Shown here: one piece after another, positions 38,347 through 51,142 of the stretch | Position numbering within the stretch: position 1 is the first letter of the stretch | Layout: every line of letters begins with the position of its first letter | Source of the DNA: Prorocentrum cordatum | Taxonomy: Eukaryota | Length of the DNA stretch: 64,000 nucleotides | Assembly: GCA_963575745.1 (NCBI GenBank) | Contig: CAUYUJ010000320.1 | Location: 1 to 64,000, forward strand | Direction of reading: 5' to 3' | Position numbers and translations under genes: made by a program | The notes under the pieces: generated by a model | What the model saw: the letters and a program-made list of their open reading frames with translations, nothing else | What the model was told of the DNA's origin: nothing | Databases searched by the model: none

Positions 38347-39206
38347 ATCAGGAGGAGGGAGGAAGAGAAGGAGGGAGGAGGGAGGGAGGGAGGGAGATGA
38401 AGAGGAGAGGCATGAGGGAGGAAGAGGAGGAGGAGGAGGAGGAGGAGGAAAAAGGAGGGAGGGAGGGAGGCGGAGAAGGAGGAGGAGGATAAGGAGGAGG
38501 AGGAGGAGGAGGAGGAGAAGGAGGAGGAGGAGGAGGAGGGGAGGAGGGGAGGAGGAGGAGGAGGAGGAGGAGGAGAAGAACGAGAAGGGAGGAGGGATGG
38601 ATGGAGGGAGGTGCACGGGAGGGGACGGGGGAAGTGGGACAATATTTATGGGGGCGGAGGTCGGGGGGAGAAGCGCTTAATCCCACGGCCCGCCCCCGCG
38701 CGAGGCATTACCTGCGACTGGTCCCGATGACATGGAGCTCATCCAGCGGATGTTCGAGACAGAGGCCAACCCCGACCCGCCCGTTGCACCCACTTCTTCT
38801 ATGTGCGTATCCGTTCCCCTCTCGCTCCCTCCCCTCCGACATCATCCCCCCCAGACTCGTTCACTCTCGTGAACCACCATCCACCATCCACCATCCACCA
38901 TCCTCCTCCTCCTCCTCCTCCTCCTGCCCGTGGTCTTCCTCCGCCTCCCCAACCGTTTCCCCATCCTAGTCATCCGCCGCCTTATCTTCCTCGATCGTCT
39001 GCCCTCCCCGCTATCTTATTCGTCATCCCTCTTCCACCCCCCGTCGACGTGATCGTCCGTCGCCCATCATCTACCCTCCATCCTCTTGTTTCCATCCCCT
39101 CTCTTCCATCCTCTGTCCTCCATCCTAAGTGTTGTCGTCCTACATCATCCCTCATCCCTGCTCTATCCTCCCTCCTCCGTCCTCCCTCGATCCTCCATCC
39201 ACCCTC

Positions 39207-39228
39207 TCCGTAGCCATTGTGCCGCAAG
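39207..39228 (+). other. Relict spliced leader directly before the ATG at 39229
   Basis: TCCGTAGCCATTGTGCCGCAAG, 19/22. Confidence 0.8.
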
Positions 39229-41517
39229 ATGTCGTCCCCTGGAGAGGATACATATGTGATATTGGGACCGCTCGCACAAGCCCTGCTCCCACACGCAACC
39301 TCCAGCAACTTTTGCACATACAAATACGATGGCGGCATCGACCGCAAGTGCATCGAGAAGCACGTCAGCCTGATCAAAAGCGTTGCCCAGGTGGCCCAGT
39401 TGACAAATGTACCGCCCCCATGTCATCGTACGAATGGGGACGAGGACAATGAGGATGATGAGAAAGATGAGGAATATTGGGAGACGATGATAATGATTAG
39501 GACGGATAGATGATGGAGGCGACAGGGGGAAGGGGGGAGGATGATGAGGAGGAGGAGGAGAACGAGGAGGAGGAGGAGGAGGATGAGGAGGAGGAGGAAG
39601 AGGAGGTGGAGGAGGCGGAGGAGGAGGAGGAGGAATAAGGATGAGGAGAGAGGGATGCATGATGACCTAGAGGGCGATCGCACACATTATATACATATAT
39701 ATATATATATGAATGTATACATGTGTATGTTCACATACGTAGATATATGAACATATACATGTATACGACATGCAAACATATTTACATATGATCTATATCC
39801 CATAATCACATATCTGTGTATCGACATCGTCATATACATACGCGTGTGCTTATTCATAGACGCGGATGTGACTGGTGCTAAACAATGAAGGGTGCACCGT
39901 GGGATGGTTGAGGGTTATGAGGACGATGGTGACGATGCTGATGGTGATTATGATGAGGAGGAGGAAGAGGATGGGGAGGAGAGGGAGGAGGGGGAGGAAG
40001 CGCAGCACCAGCAGCAATTATAAGGGGATTGTGATCAGTATAGCGTAATTAGCGCAAGACTCGGAGGAGGGGGACGAGGGGTGATGAACGGAGGGAGGGA
40101 GCGGGATGAGGGAGGGGAGGAGGGAAGCTCCCAGAGGGGAGCGAGGGGGGGGTGGAGGAGGAGGGGGCGAGGTAAAGTGGAGGATAAATGAGAGAGGCGT
40201 AGTTTGCTTTCGCTTCAGGTGAAGGGCACACTGGCGTTCAAGAGGGACCAGTGGATGCAGGCGCTCAAGGAGGTGGCCAAGGAGAATCTCAGTTTCAGGA
40301 GCCGAGGGGAGCAAGCGACGTGGCAGACCGAGCTGCAGAAACGTCTCTCTAAGATGTGCCGCCACGCGGGCCAGTACCTGATCAAGGAATCGCCGCCGAA
40401 GTGGTTCAGAGCCTTGAAGATCCCGAGGCCGCGCATAGTGGACGACGACAACGGCGACGAGGACTCGGGCGACTTCGAGATGCAGGAGGAGGACGCCGAG
40501 GAGGAGAACCCTGATGACTTTGATCCTGACAGCGAGCTTGCAGATGACGAGGCCACGGGCAGGGCGAACGCGGAGACCAAGGCTGAGCAGAAGTCCGAGA
40601 CCAAGAGCGCCGAGAGCAAGAACCCCGAGACGAAGTCCGAGCCCAAGAGCGCCGAGAAGGAGTCCAAGCCGCAGGTGCAGTACGACCACGGGTACGATGC
40701 AGACGCCCGCTGCGCTTTCAGGACGCGCAAAGGCGGCAAGAAGGTCTACCACCCAGAGTACGCGATCAGCATGCACGAGCCGCCAAACGCGAAGATGACG
40801 GACAGCATGTCTGCGACCTTCAAGAACACTGATGGCACCTTGGAGACGGTGATGGTGGCCCAGATGACGGTCGCCAAATGGCGGGCGAGTGCCGATGGCA
40901 AGAAAGAGCCAGTCGACGGTGGCGGCGCAGGTGGCAAGAAAGATCACCACCCCATGAAGGCGACCAAGGGGCGTGCGGCCGACAGGCAGGGCTGGGTTGG
41001 CACGGACAAGGATGGCACTAAAGTCGAGGCGTTCATCCGCAGCGACGACGCCAAAGGCAAACCTCCCAAAAGGCTCGCCGTCGTCGCGGTGGACGGCCAC
41101 GCCGTGGTGACCATCAACGTGCAGCACTTCGAGGAGACCGCCGAGAAGAACAAACAGGCGGCTGGCTTGGCGTGGGCATCAGTCATCGCGGAGAAGCTGG
41201 CAGCAGGGACGATCGATAAGGACGAGGCCATCAAAGCTAAGATGGAGAAACTGTCGGAGAGCGGCTTCGAGTCGCGCGTGTCCAAAAAGAGGCCAGCGGC
41301 AGCGGTCAGTGCTTCGGCAGGTGCTTCAGCTACAGGTGCACAGATGAAGAGGCCAGCGGCAACGGTCGAGGCCGACACGCCGACACCTGCAGCTTCAGAG
41401 GGTGACGGCACGCCTGCTGCTGCGACCCCACCGCCCAAGAAGAAGGCGGAGTCGCCGATCGCTCGCAAGACCCAGCTGTCGCCGCCGACTCCTTCATCGG
41501 ATGAGGTGTCGGAGTGA
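39229..41517 (+). CDS. Cargo gene B, unknown, ~486 aa (exons 39229-39390, 40219-41517)
   Basis: GT-AG phase-0 intron; long open exon with strong GC3 bias; acidic tract and two KRPAA motifs. Confidence 0.7.
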
Positions 41518-42407
41518 CGTGAGCACGGCGCGCATGCGAGCCCGCCTGCTTAGACTAGAGCCGTGCATATTGGAAAGGGTGGAGGACGGGACTGGAGGTA
41601 GGAGGAGGAGGAGGAGGAGGAGGAGGAGGAGGAGGAGGAGGAGAAGGAGGAGGAGGAGGAGGGAGCGTCGACATCAGGAGGAGGAGGAGATGAGGAGGAT
41701 GAGGAGGATGAGGAGGACGATGAGGTGAGGCAGATATGGATGACAGGATAAAGGCACTTGACACTAGTTCGGCATCATGGGACATGCTGCATGGCTAGTC
41801 ATCGGACTGCCACCTATTGCAGCCAGACCGCAAGTTCCAAGCGATGCGGCGACGTCGAAAATCAACAAACAGAGGGCTATCCAGGCTGGCACTGACACGC
41901 TGGCTACACACATATGTATATCTATATATATATACACAAACATCTAGACATACACACATACACTGTCTATGGATATGCAGCGTGCTGTGAAGTTGCGCGA
42001 GTTAGACACGCACCGAAAGGGGTGGACAATGACATATACACACACACACACACACCGAAATGTACCCTGAGGGATAACACACGGTATACATATGTAGCGA
42101 ACTAGTGGTATGTCTCTGTTGGTGTATACATAAACATCGATACACGCGCATAGAGAGATATTCAGCTAGAGGGTGAACTATCAGTAGGTGTGTTTATATA
42201 CATACATATAGGGAGAGCGAGAGAGAGAAAGAGAACGCAACTCACACGCACGCACAACATATGAATACCGAGGTACATATACGCATATCTCCCCCCATCA
42301 CTCTCCCCGTCCACTGCCTCTAACCTCCATTCCCACCGAGCCCTTCTACTCTCCCGATCCCCGTCGTCGACGCCCACCTCCTCCTCCTCCTCCTCCTCCT
42401 CCTCCTC

Positions 42408-42458
<51 letters not shown>

Positions 42459-42501
42459 CCTCCATCCCTCCCTCTCCCTCGATACTATATATATATATAT
42501 A

Positions 42502-42533
<32 letters not shown>

Positions 42534-42583
42534 TCCCTCTAACTTGTATCTCGGGCCTGACTCAAGTAAGTCGCGATCACATC

Positions 42584-43270
42584 GCGGGCAAGTGTCGGGC
42601 AAGTGTCGGGCAAGTCGCGGGCAATTCTCTGGCAAGTCTCGGGCAAGGTTCGGGCAAAATTCGGGCAAGTTTCGGGCAAAGGTCGGGCAAATTTCGGGCA
42701 AGTCACGGGCAAGTTTCGGGCAATTCTCGGGCAAGTTTCGGGCAAGTTCCGGGCAAGTTTCGGGCAAGCTTCGGGCAAGTGTCGGGCAAGTTTCGGGCAA
42801 GTTTCGGGCAAGTTTCGGGCAAATGTCGGGCAAGTTTCGGGCAAGTTTCGGGCAAGTCACGGGCAAGTTTCGGGCAATTCTCGGGCAAGTTTCGGGCAAG
42901 TTTCGGGCAAGTTTCGGGCAAGTTTCGGGCAAGTTTCGGGCACGTGTCGGGCAAGTGTCGGGCAAGTTTCGGGCAAGTTTCGGGCAAGTTTCGGGCAAGT
43001 TTCGGGCAAGTTTCGGACAAGACGCGGGCAAGTTTCGGGCAAATTTCGGGCAAGTTTCGGGCAAGTCGCGGGCAAGTTTCGGGCAAGTTTCGGGCAAGTT
43101 TCGGGCAAGTTTCGGGCAAATATCGGGCAAGTTGCTGGCAATTCTCGGGCAATTTTCGGGCAAATTTCGGGCAAGTCGGGCACGTGTCGGGCAAATGTCG
43201 GGCAAGCCGCGGGCAGGCCGCGGGCAAGTTTCGGGCACGTTTCGGGCAACTCCCCCGAGCAATTCGGGCA
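42584..43270. repeat. 11-bp tandem satellite (TTTCGGGCAAG)n
   Basis: Seen directly; further arrays at 36519-36590, 47120-47412 and 50595-50997, and a GGGCAAAAACC variant at 46256-46403. Confidence 0.95.
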
Positions 43271-43655
43271 GCTCTCTGGGAAGTGTCGGCTGCGGCTTCT
43301 CCCTCATGCTGCTCGGGTCGTTCCCCCCGCGGGCACGCCAGGTGACTGGCGTCGCGATGAACCCGCACGGCTCCCCCGTGACCATCCAGGCGGGCGGTGG
43401 GCGCGGGTTCCCGTGCCACCTCACCCTCATCGGTCCTGCCCGAGCTCCGCCTCCCTCCCCCCCTGCTCTCCTGCTCCTGCTCTCCTCCCCAAACTGTTGC
43501 TTACCCCATAATTACCCTCCTCCGAGGTCTTTGCCATCCTCGCACATTCCCCTCCTGCTCCTTTCCCCCTCTCCTTCATCCCCATCCTGAGAAGGAAGAG
43601 GGATGAGGAGGTGAGGGGTAGCCGTCTAGAATAAGTGGTTGACGATAACTCAATC

Positions 43656-45087
43656 ATGCGTGCGGCAACGGCTGTTAGCAGAGCTGGGCGGACAGGGGGG
43701 CATGTTTGGCAGCGCTCTGATATAACATCAGCGCAGGCGCAAGGCTTCGAGAGCAAGTTGCTGGAGGCCTTCAAGAAATCGAACATTATGCAGGCGGAGG
43801 CCACAGACGATGGCGAGGCAGCCCCAGCTGAGGAGGATGATGACAGGGACTTGAACCTCGAGGCAGCGGCGGCGGCTGGTTTCGACATCGGCAGCCAGAC
43901 CCCCCTGGGGAAGAGGTACGCTCTCTTCCGTCGCAACTGCGCCGAGGAGACGGAGCGCTACAACTTGTTGGACCCGCACGGCAAGAAGAAGAGGGTCAGA
44001 GAGTGGGTGAAGGAGCAGTTCGACGAGTACCAGGATACGTTTACGACGATGATGACGACGACGGCGGCGGCGGCGATGACGACATGATGATGTTGATGAC
44101 GACGACGACGACGAAGGCGAAAACGATGACGACCCCCTAGACCAGAAACCTAGAAACCAAGGGGTAGGGGGGCAGAAACTGATAAGCAACGGGTGTGGTT
44201 TTGTTCATCTGCAGGAGAAGCGGGCCAAGATCAACGAGCGGGTCAAGCGGGATACGACGACTGGCCAGTGGATGACGTTCGAGGGTATGATCACCGCTGA
44301 GATGGGCGGCGGAGGCGGCCCTCCCACGAAAGCGGCAGCGCAGGGGGCCGTCAACCGATGCATGTACCTCATCAACAAGGGGCCCAAGCACGTGCGCATC
44401 AATGTGGAGAGCAAGCGCATGGAGTTCAAGAGGAAGACTGATACGGAGACGGTGGATCACGTGAACATCAGCCGCAGCACCAGGCTCGAGACGCGTGACG
44501 CCGTCAGGCAGTCTGGTGCGGCAGTTCAGACTCCAGCGGCAAAAGCAGGTGCAGCTGTGGAGCATACGCCAGACCCCGTTCAACGACCGACTGGCGCTGA
44601 AGCTGCAGCTCCTCCGAAGCCATCGTCACCGAGCTCGGGATCCAAGGCAAGCAAGGGCAAGGGCAAAGACGGGAAGGGAAAGGCAAAGGGGAAGGCGAAG
44701 GCAAAATCGAAGGCAAAGGCCGCCACCCCGAAGTTGGTGGAGACAAAAGCGAAGCACGTCGTGAAGGAGTTCTCGGCTGTGCTACAGAGATCCAAACACC
44801 TCGTCACCACCATCGAGAAACCAGACAGCAAGCTGTCCTGGGCCAACACGGACAGGTTCAAGGGCAAGCTCGTCCGCAAGATTGACGCGACCCAGGCCAA
44901 GATCTCAGAGTACACGGACTTGGAGAACCTCATGCTCTACAACTACGACTTGTCGGAAGCCTTCCTCAACGACGTGCACGGGTCGCTGTCGGCGGTCGAG
45001 GAGTTACAGGAGTCCATCACGTCCCTGGACCAGTGCTTCCAGAAGATCCAGGACCTCGAGAACGACGAATTCCCGTCCCAGGAGTAG
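43656..45087 (+). CDS. Cargo gene C, unknown, ~416 aa (exons 43656-44033, 44215-45087)
   Basis: GA-AG phase-0 intron joins FDEYQ|EKRAK; Lys-rich KGKGK linker and C-terminal helical region; start uncertain. Confidence 0.65.
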
Positions 45088-47119
45088 ATGCCGTGCTGGT
45101 GAACACGTTCGCCCGCGTCGCACACAGCATAGCTGTGCCCGCCTGACCCCGCTGAGAGGGGCGCTGCTCGGCCAGGGAGTGGATGAGGGTACCATGGCGA
45201 GTGAGGATGACGGCGACGCAGATGCCAATGCTTGATGCAATGGCAATAATAGTTACATCATCGATGACAATGACGAAAACGGTCATGACGCCGACGGCGA
45301 CACTAATGACGATGACGACGACGGTCATGATGGTACGGCTTGGTGTCTCTCGATCCTCCTCCCATTCATATTGCCTGGCTCGTTCTCCCTCTCTCCATCT
45401 CTCCCTATATATCTCCCTCTCTCTATATATATACATATATATATCCCTCGAAATCTCTCCAACGATATCTATCCATCCTTACATTCTCCCCATATTCCTG
45501 TCCCCTGTCTCTTCCTCTATATCCCGTTTCCTCTCCACCCCGATACCCCCCTCGCCGTCCTCCATCCCTGTGGTTCGTCCATCCCTCCATCTCTCTATAT
45601 CTCCCTCACTCTCTCTCTCTCTCTCTCATTCTCCCTCTCTATCTGTTTTATATATGCTTGTATCCCTCCCCACACCTCATTCCTCTCGCCCCCCTTGACT
45701 GTTCCTCTCTCTCTTTCTCTCTTTCGGAGTGCGGTCCTGGAGCTGATAGCGGTGGCATCTCGATGCCTGGGACTGGCCAGAACGACAGGATGAGGATGAC
45801 GATGGCGAGTGGAACGACGAGGGTGAGGGCAAGCAGGAGGGGAAGAGGATCAGGGACGGGCGAATGTATGCAGGGTGGCAGCAACAGCAGACGGGAGGTA
45901 CACAGAGGATGAGTAGGCCGAGGGGAGGGCCGAGGAGGAGAAAGGCGATGGAGAGGTAGTGGATGAAAGGTCGGGCAAGAGCAGGCTTTCGCCGCTAGGA
46001 TGCAGTTTGACAGCTCCCGCCGAGGGGCGTCGGGCAGCTTTAAGCCCCCGAAGAGGGGTGTCGGGCACTTGCGGCGATCGACCACGCGGCCTGCGACGCT
46101 AGTATCGACGCTGGGCGGGGGAGCTCAGAAGAAAAACAACGCTCGGACTCTCACATTGATGAGTTGGGGGGCGCTCAGAGCTGTCTAATTCGAGTAACTC
46201 TTCTCAAGAACGCCGACCTGTCGGAAATTATTACCTTCTCTGGGGCACAAAAAAGGCCGGGCAAAAACCGGGCAAATCCCGGGCAAAAACCGGGTAAAAA
46301 ATTGCCCGTGGGCAAATCGCCTGAGACATCCTCGGAAAATGGCAGGGCACGGGCCGGGCAAAAACCGGGCAAAAACCGGGCAAAAACCGGGTAAAAAATT
46401 GCCCGCGCTAGATGTGACTCGGAAGCGCCCCTTGGCGGCTCCTGGACCCATATGTAAACGCAGCGTAGCCCTCAATAAAGATAGGGGAGGGCATATTTGA
46501 AGGGAAATGAGAAAGGGAAAGGATGGGTGAGGAGGAAATTGAGGAGAAGGAGGAGCCCAGGAGGGAGGCGAACAGGAGTAGGGCGAGGAGTAGAACGGCG
46601 CGGGGAATGTCTGGAGGCACGAAGAAGGCATGGAAGAGATGGAGCAGGAAGATGGGGGCGCCTGTGAGCGCAATAATCGTGACTACCAACCCCCGTGACT
46701 ATCACGCAAACTCTCCTTGAAATGAGTTTATCCTCTTATTAAGAATTCCTCCTCCTCCACCTTCCCCTTCACCTCCTCCTCCTCCTCCTCCTCCTCCTCC
46801 TCACCCTCCTTCTCCTCCTCCTCTCCTCTGCCCGCTACGACTGCATGCCTCCTCCTGCTCCTCCTCATCCTCCTCCTATTTCAAAACCTTCCCATCTCGT
46901 GCAACTCCTCGCTCTCACGATCGGCCTTTGCAATTTGCCCCTCCGTTCTCGAGCCATCATGACGGTCGTTACCTACATCGGTGCCCAGCGCGACCACTAG
47001 GACGCGAGCGCCGAGGCGCGTGGGGGGAGAGGGGGATGGGAGGAAGGGGCGGGCGGACAGTTGTTCAGCGAAGCTCGACGAGCAACTCTCCGATAGTTGC
47101 AATCAAGGTTTGGGCCAAT

Positions 47120-47412
47120 CTCGGGCAACCAGCGGACACGTTTCGGGCAAGTTGACGGCAAGCTGCAGGCAAGTCTCAGGCAAGTTTCGGGCAAATTACA
47201 AGCAAGCTGCGCGCAAGTGTCAGACATCTAGCGGACAACCATCAGGCACGTCTCGGGCAAGTTTCGGGCAAGTCTGGGGCAAGGTGTGGGCAAGTTGCAA
47301 GGTGCGGGCAACGTGCGGGCAAGTATCGGGCAGACTGCGGGCATGTCTCGGCCAAGTATCAAGCGAATACCAAACGATTTGCAGGCAATTGACGGGCGAG
47401 CTTCGGGCAAGG
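47120..47412. repeat. Degenerate (TTTCGGGCAAG)n array
   Basis: Seen directly. Confidence 0.75.
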
Positions 47413-47753
47413 TGCAGGCCAATGTTGGATAAATAAGTGTCGAGCACTTCTCCGCGCTGTTGTGGAACACCTCCACGGGACGGGGTGCCTTCGCCCGCGC
47501 GACCACGTGGAGGCAGCCCAGTTCGGAGCCCCAGGCTGGCGTGAATCGACGTTGAGGCGCGGAGAGCGCGCTGGAGACGGACTCCTGCGACGCGGGAAAG
47601 ACATCCCCTCCGATCAATGTTTTTGCACCCCTGTTTCCTTTATTGATGGATCGGTTCGGCCGAAACATGGCGGAGAGAAGTTGGGGTATGATATGGGGAT
47701 GTCATTCCTGTCGTTGCCGCGGTCGTTGCCCCCCCCCCCCCGAGTGTTTGCTG

Positions 47754-47775
47754 TCCTTAGCCGTTTTGGCTCAGT
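47754..47775 (+). other. Relict spliced leader upstream of the transposase ATG
   Basis: TCCTTAGCCGTTTTGGCTCAG, about 10 nt before the ATG at 47786. Confidence 0.65.
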
Positions 47776-47785
47776 CATTCGCGCG

Positions 47786-50435
47786 ATGGTGAAGCGAGCC
47801 CGCCAATCCCCCTCGCCGCCATATCGGCGATTCAGTTGGGAGTGCGATGGTCCAGAATCGTCTGGGGGCCAAGGCGGATCGGGTTCGAGAACCGCCGATT
47901 CTGGCGATCTGGAGGAGCACCTGTTGCGCCTGTATGCAACAGGGCGCCTCGACTCCAAGGCCCTTTGCTTAATCTGCTTTTACGCTGTCAAAGCTGGGGC
48001 CAGAGGTGAACTCTTGGAGGCGCTGCAGTTCGGTCCAGACAAACAAAGTGGTAAATATGCAAAGCATCTGAAAGACGTCTTGCCCGAGCAAGTTGCGGCG
48101 CCCGAGTGGCACTGGTTACAGCTACCCGTGACGCTGAAAGGGACTCGAACTTCAAAAACCTTTCCATGTGCTCCTCCGCACGAGTGTCTGGAGGCGGAGC
48201 TCGAGCATCTTCATACTGTTGGGAAAAATGTGGACGACATTGCTAATGGGACAGATTGGGCTACATCATTCTACAACCATGAGCATTGCAATGTTCCCGA
48301 TGATCCGCGTCCAGTGTTTCCAGTTGCTGTATATTTAGATGGCATAAAATACACTCGTTCGATTGGCCCTGGAAGGAGCGACTCGCTGACGGCAGTGACT
48401 TGTTACAACTTGGCTACGCAATCTCGGCATATCATCGCGGTGCTGAGCAAAAAGGAAGCATGCAAGTGCGGCTGTCGTGGATGGGACTCGCACTGGTCAA
48501 TATTTAACTACGTGCGGTGGTCGATGGAGGAAACGAGGGTGTCAACGAACGAGGGGCAGCACAACAACCCACGCATGCAAACACACGCATACACGCGCAC
48601 GCGCATTCACACGCACACGCACACGCACACGCACACACACACACACACACGCAGATACGCACGCACGCACGCACGCACGCACATACACACACACACACAC
48701 TTGCACACACACACACCCACACACGCACACACGAACACACACACAAAGACGCCCTCACACAAATACACACACATATCCCCCACACACACACACACACACA
48801 AACACGCAAACACATACAAACACACACACACACACACAGTTTTGATCGCATCGGGCTGGAAGCACCCCGTAGCCGTCGTAGTCGGGCAGGCGGCGCGGAC
48901 TAATTTGGCGATGCGTTGATCGCGGCAGTATCGAGAGGTCAAGCACCTGTGCCGTCAGCTCACGGCGCTGCGTTCATTGTAAGCGGGGCGCCAAGCACAC
49001 ACACACATACATACATACATTACATACATACAAACACACACAACCACACACACAAACACACACACATACAGGACGGGGGGACTGACGGGGGAATTCATGC
49101 TTGTTGGCACCCCAGGCGGCCACGAAAGGCGTGCGGCCCCATCTCAGGTGGGATGGCACTCCCTGGGACCATGGGTCAAAGTCAGGTGAACTTGTGGGCA
49201 GCCCGATGGCCGCTAGATTTCTTTTGGTGCAGGTAAAAGGCGACTGGATGGAGCTCAGCAGCACAATGGGGTTCCCGACGTGGTCATCGGTATTTGCCCC
49301 ATGCTTTCTTTGTGGCTGCACGAAAGAAACAATGTATAAGTTCGGCAACATCACATTAGAGCATTCGGACTGGGGTAAGAGAGCGAACTCGTATGATGAC
49401 GAATGCACTAATCATGAAACAGTGGTGAACGTTGATTCTCCTGAGGTCCGAGATCTAATCATGGAAACAGGTCTCCTCAGGTTGGCCAAAGACAGAAAGC
49501 AGCTAGGGCGAGTTCTTGGCGCAGCCCTCCCTGCGCTGGGGTTGCAGAAAGGAGACAGGCTAGATCCGTCCATGGAGCTTTCCGACACGTCGAAGTTTGA
49601 GACGAGAAGTTTACCGTTTGTTTGTGTCTTCTGGCGGCCTAAGTACGACGAAAAAAAACGGATCGCTTCGTGGGTGCTCCGCCGCAACCCATTATTCTGC
49701 AGAGAGCTGGGGACCTCGCCCGATGCTGTCCTACACTTAGACACTCTTCACACTTTATACTTAGGCGTATTTTCATCATTCGTGCTGGCTGTGATTCTGT
49801 GTTTGGTCAACGCAAACGTTTACAATGTTGAAGGGCCACAAGAGGTGGTTCGGGCAGTGACCCTTAAACGGATGTTCAGCGATTACAAGCAGTGGTGCGA
49901 TAGAAACAATATTAACAACAGCTATCAGTTATCTACACTCACGCCAGCAATGATCTATCACAAGAAAGGCCCCCCAGAACTGAAAACCAAAGCTGCCGAA
50001 ACGGGAGTGCTTCTCAGGTGGGCGCAAGATTTTTGCACGAGGCCTGGCGTCACGCCGCAATTCCGAGAGCGGGATATCCTCGGCGCGGCGGGCACCTGTC
50101 TCGTTGACTACATGGCGATACTTCGTGAATGTGGCATTCGTGTTGAATGGAGCTTGTGTCAACGACTCATGTTTTTATGCCTCAGGCATATATCATTGAT
50201 GGAGGATGCAGGGAACGAGCATCTGCCCAAATGCCACATGTTCGTTCATGTTACCCAGAAGATCCATGTCCAGGGGAACCCGCGCTACTACAGTACATTT
50301 TTGGATGAGTCGTTGAACCTTGTCATTGCAAACATGGCAGCAGCTTCTCATAAACAGAACTGGGAACTATCGATTATGCAGAGGGCACGCTTGCTACCTA
50401 TTGTGTCGGAGAACGCTGCGTTCGCAATTGTATGA
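47786..50435 (+). CDS. DDE transposase-like protein, CMC/Plavaka type, ~687 aa (exons 47786-48529, 49116-50435)
   Basis: VYLDG, KGDW, PCFLC, LDTLH (DxxH), [19 protein letters not shown] in the expected order; GA-AG intron filled with (CA)n gives WSME|AATKG in frame. Confidence 0.75.
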
Positions 50436-50594
50436 AGACCGATCGGGGAACTCATCGCCACCTTCACCACTGTCATCGTCATCACTACGGGGAACGGGAG
50501 AGTGACGGGAGGAGGGAAGGAGGGTTAGGAGAAAGGGGTGACAAGTGAGGGCTCAGGATAGCGGAAGCCAAGGCAAGGCACGCAGCTCGAGGCA

Positions 50595-50997
50595 ATGCTC
50601 GGGCAAGTTTCGGGCAACTGCACGCTTCAATATTCTTCTCTAGGGCAAGTCTCGGGCAACGTTCGGGCAAGTCTTGGGCAATTCTCGGGCAAGTTGCGGG
50701 CAATTCTCGGGCAAGTTTCTGGCAAGTCTCGGGCAAGGGGCAATGATCGGGCAAGTTTCGGGCAAGTTTCGGGCAAGGTGCGGACAAGTCTCGGGCAAGT
50801 TTCGGGCAAGTTTCTGGCAAATCGCGGGCAACTATCGGGCAAGTTTCGGGCAAGTCTCGGGCAAGTGTCGGGCAATTCTCGGGCAAGTGTCGGGCAAGTT
50901 TCGGGCAAGTGTCGGGCAAGACGCGGGCAAGTTTCGGGCAAATTTCGGGCAAGTTTCGGGCAAGTTTCGGGCGAGTTCCGTGCAACTCTGGGGCAAC
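50595..50997. repeat. (TTTCGGGCAAG)n array
   Basis: Seen directly. Confidence 0.9.
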
Positions 50998-51142
50998 GTT
51001 CGCAACGCGTCCGGGCCGCTCCAGATACATGTGGGAGCAACTCTGGTAACGTCTGATCGAGTTCGGGAAGCAGCAACGCAATTATGTTCGGATTCCCCCC
51101 GGGGCCCCATCGCCTCGGCACCCTCTGCTCCCGCAGGCCGCC

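Noticed and set aside
42453..43590. Repeat proteins ARNLPETCPKL / GQVSGKFRASF
   Set aside because: The 11-bp DNA satellite is open in most frames on both strands; no coding signal
47462..47785. N-terminal extension and His/Thr-rich tail of ORF 47462-48919
   Set aside because: The extension lies upstream of the relict SL; the tail is the (CA)n intron read through
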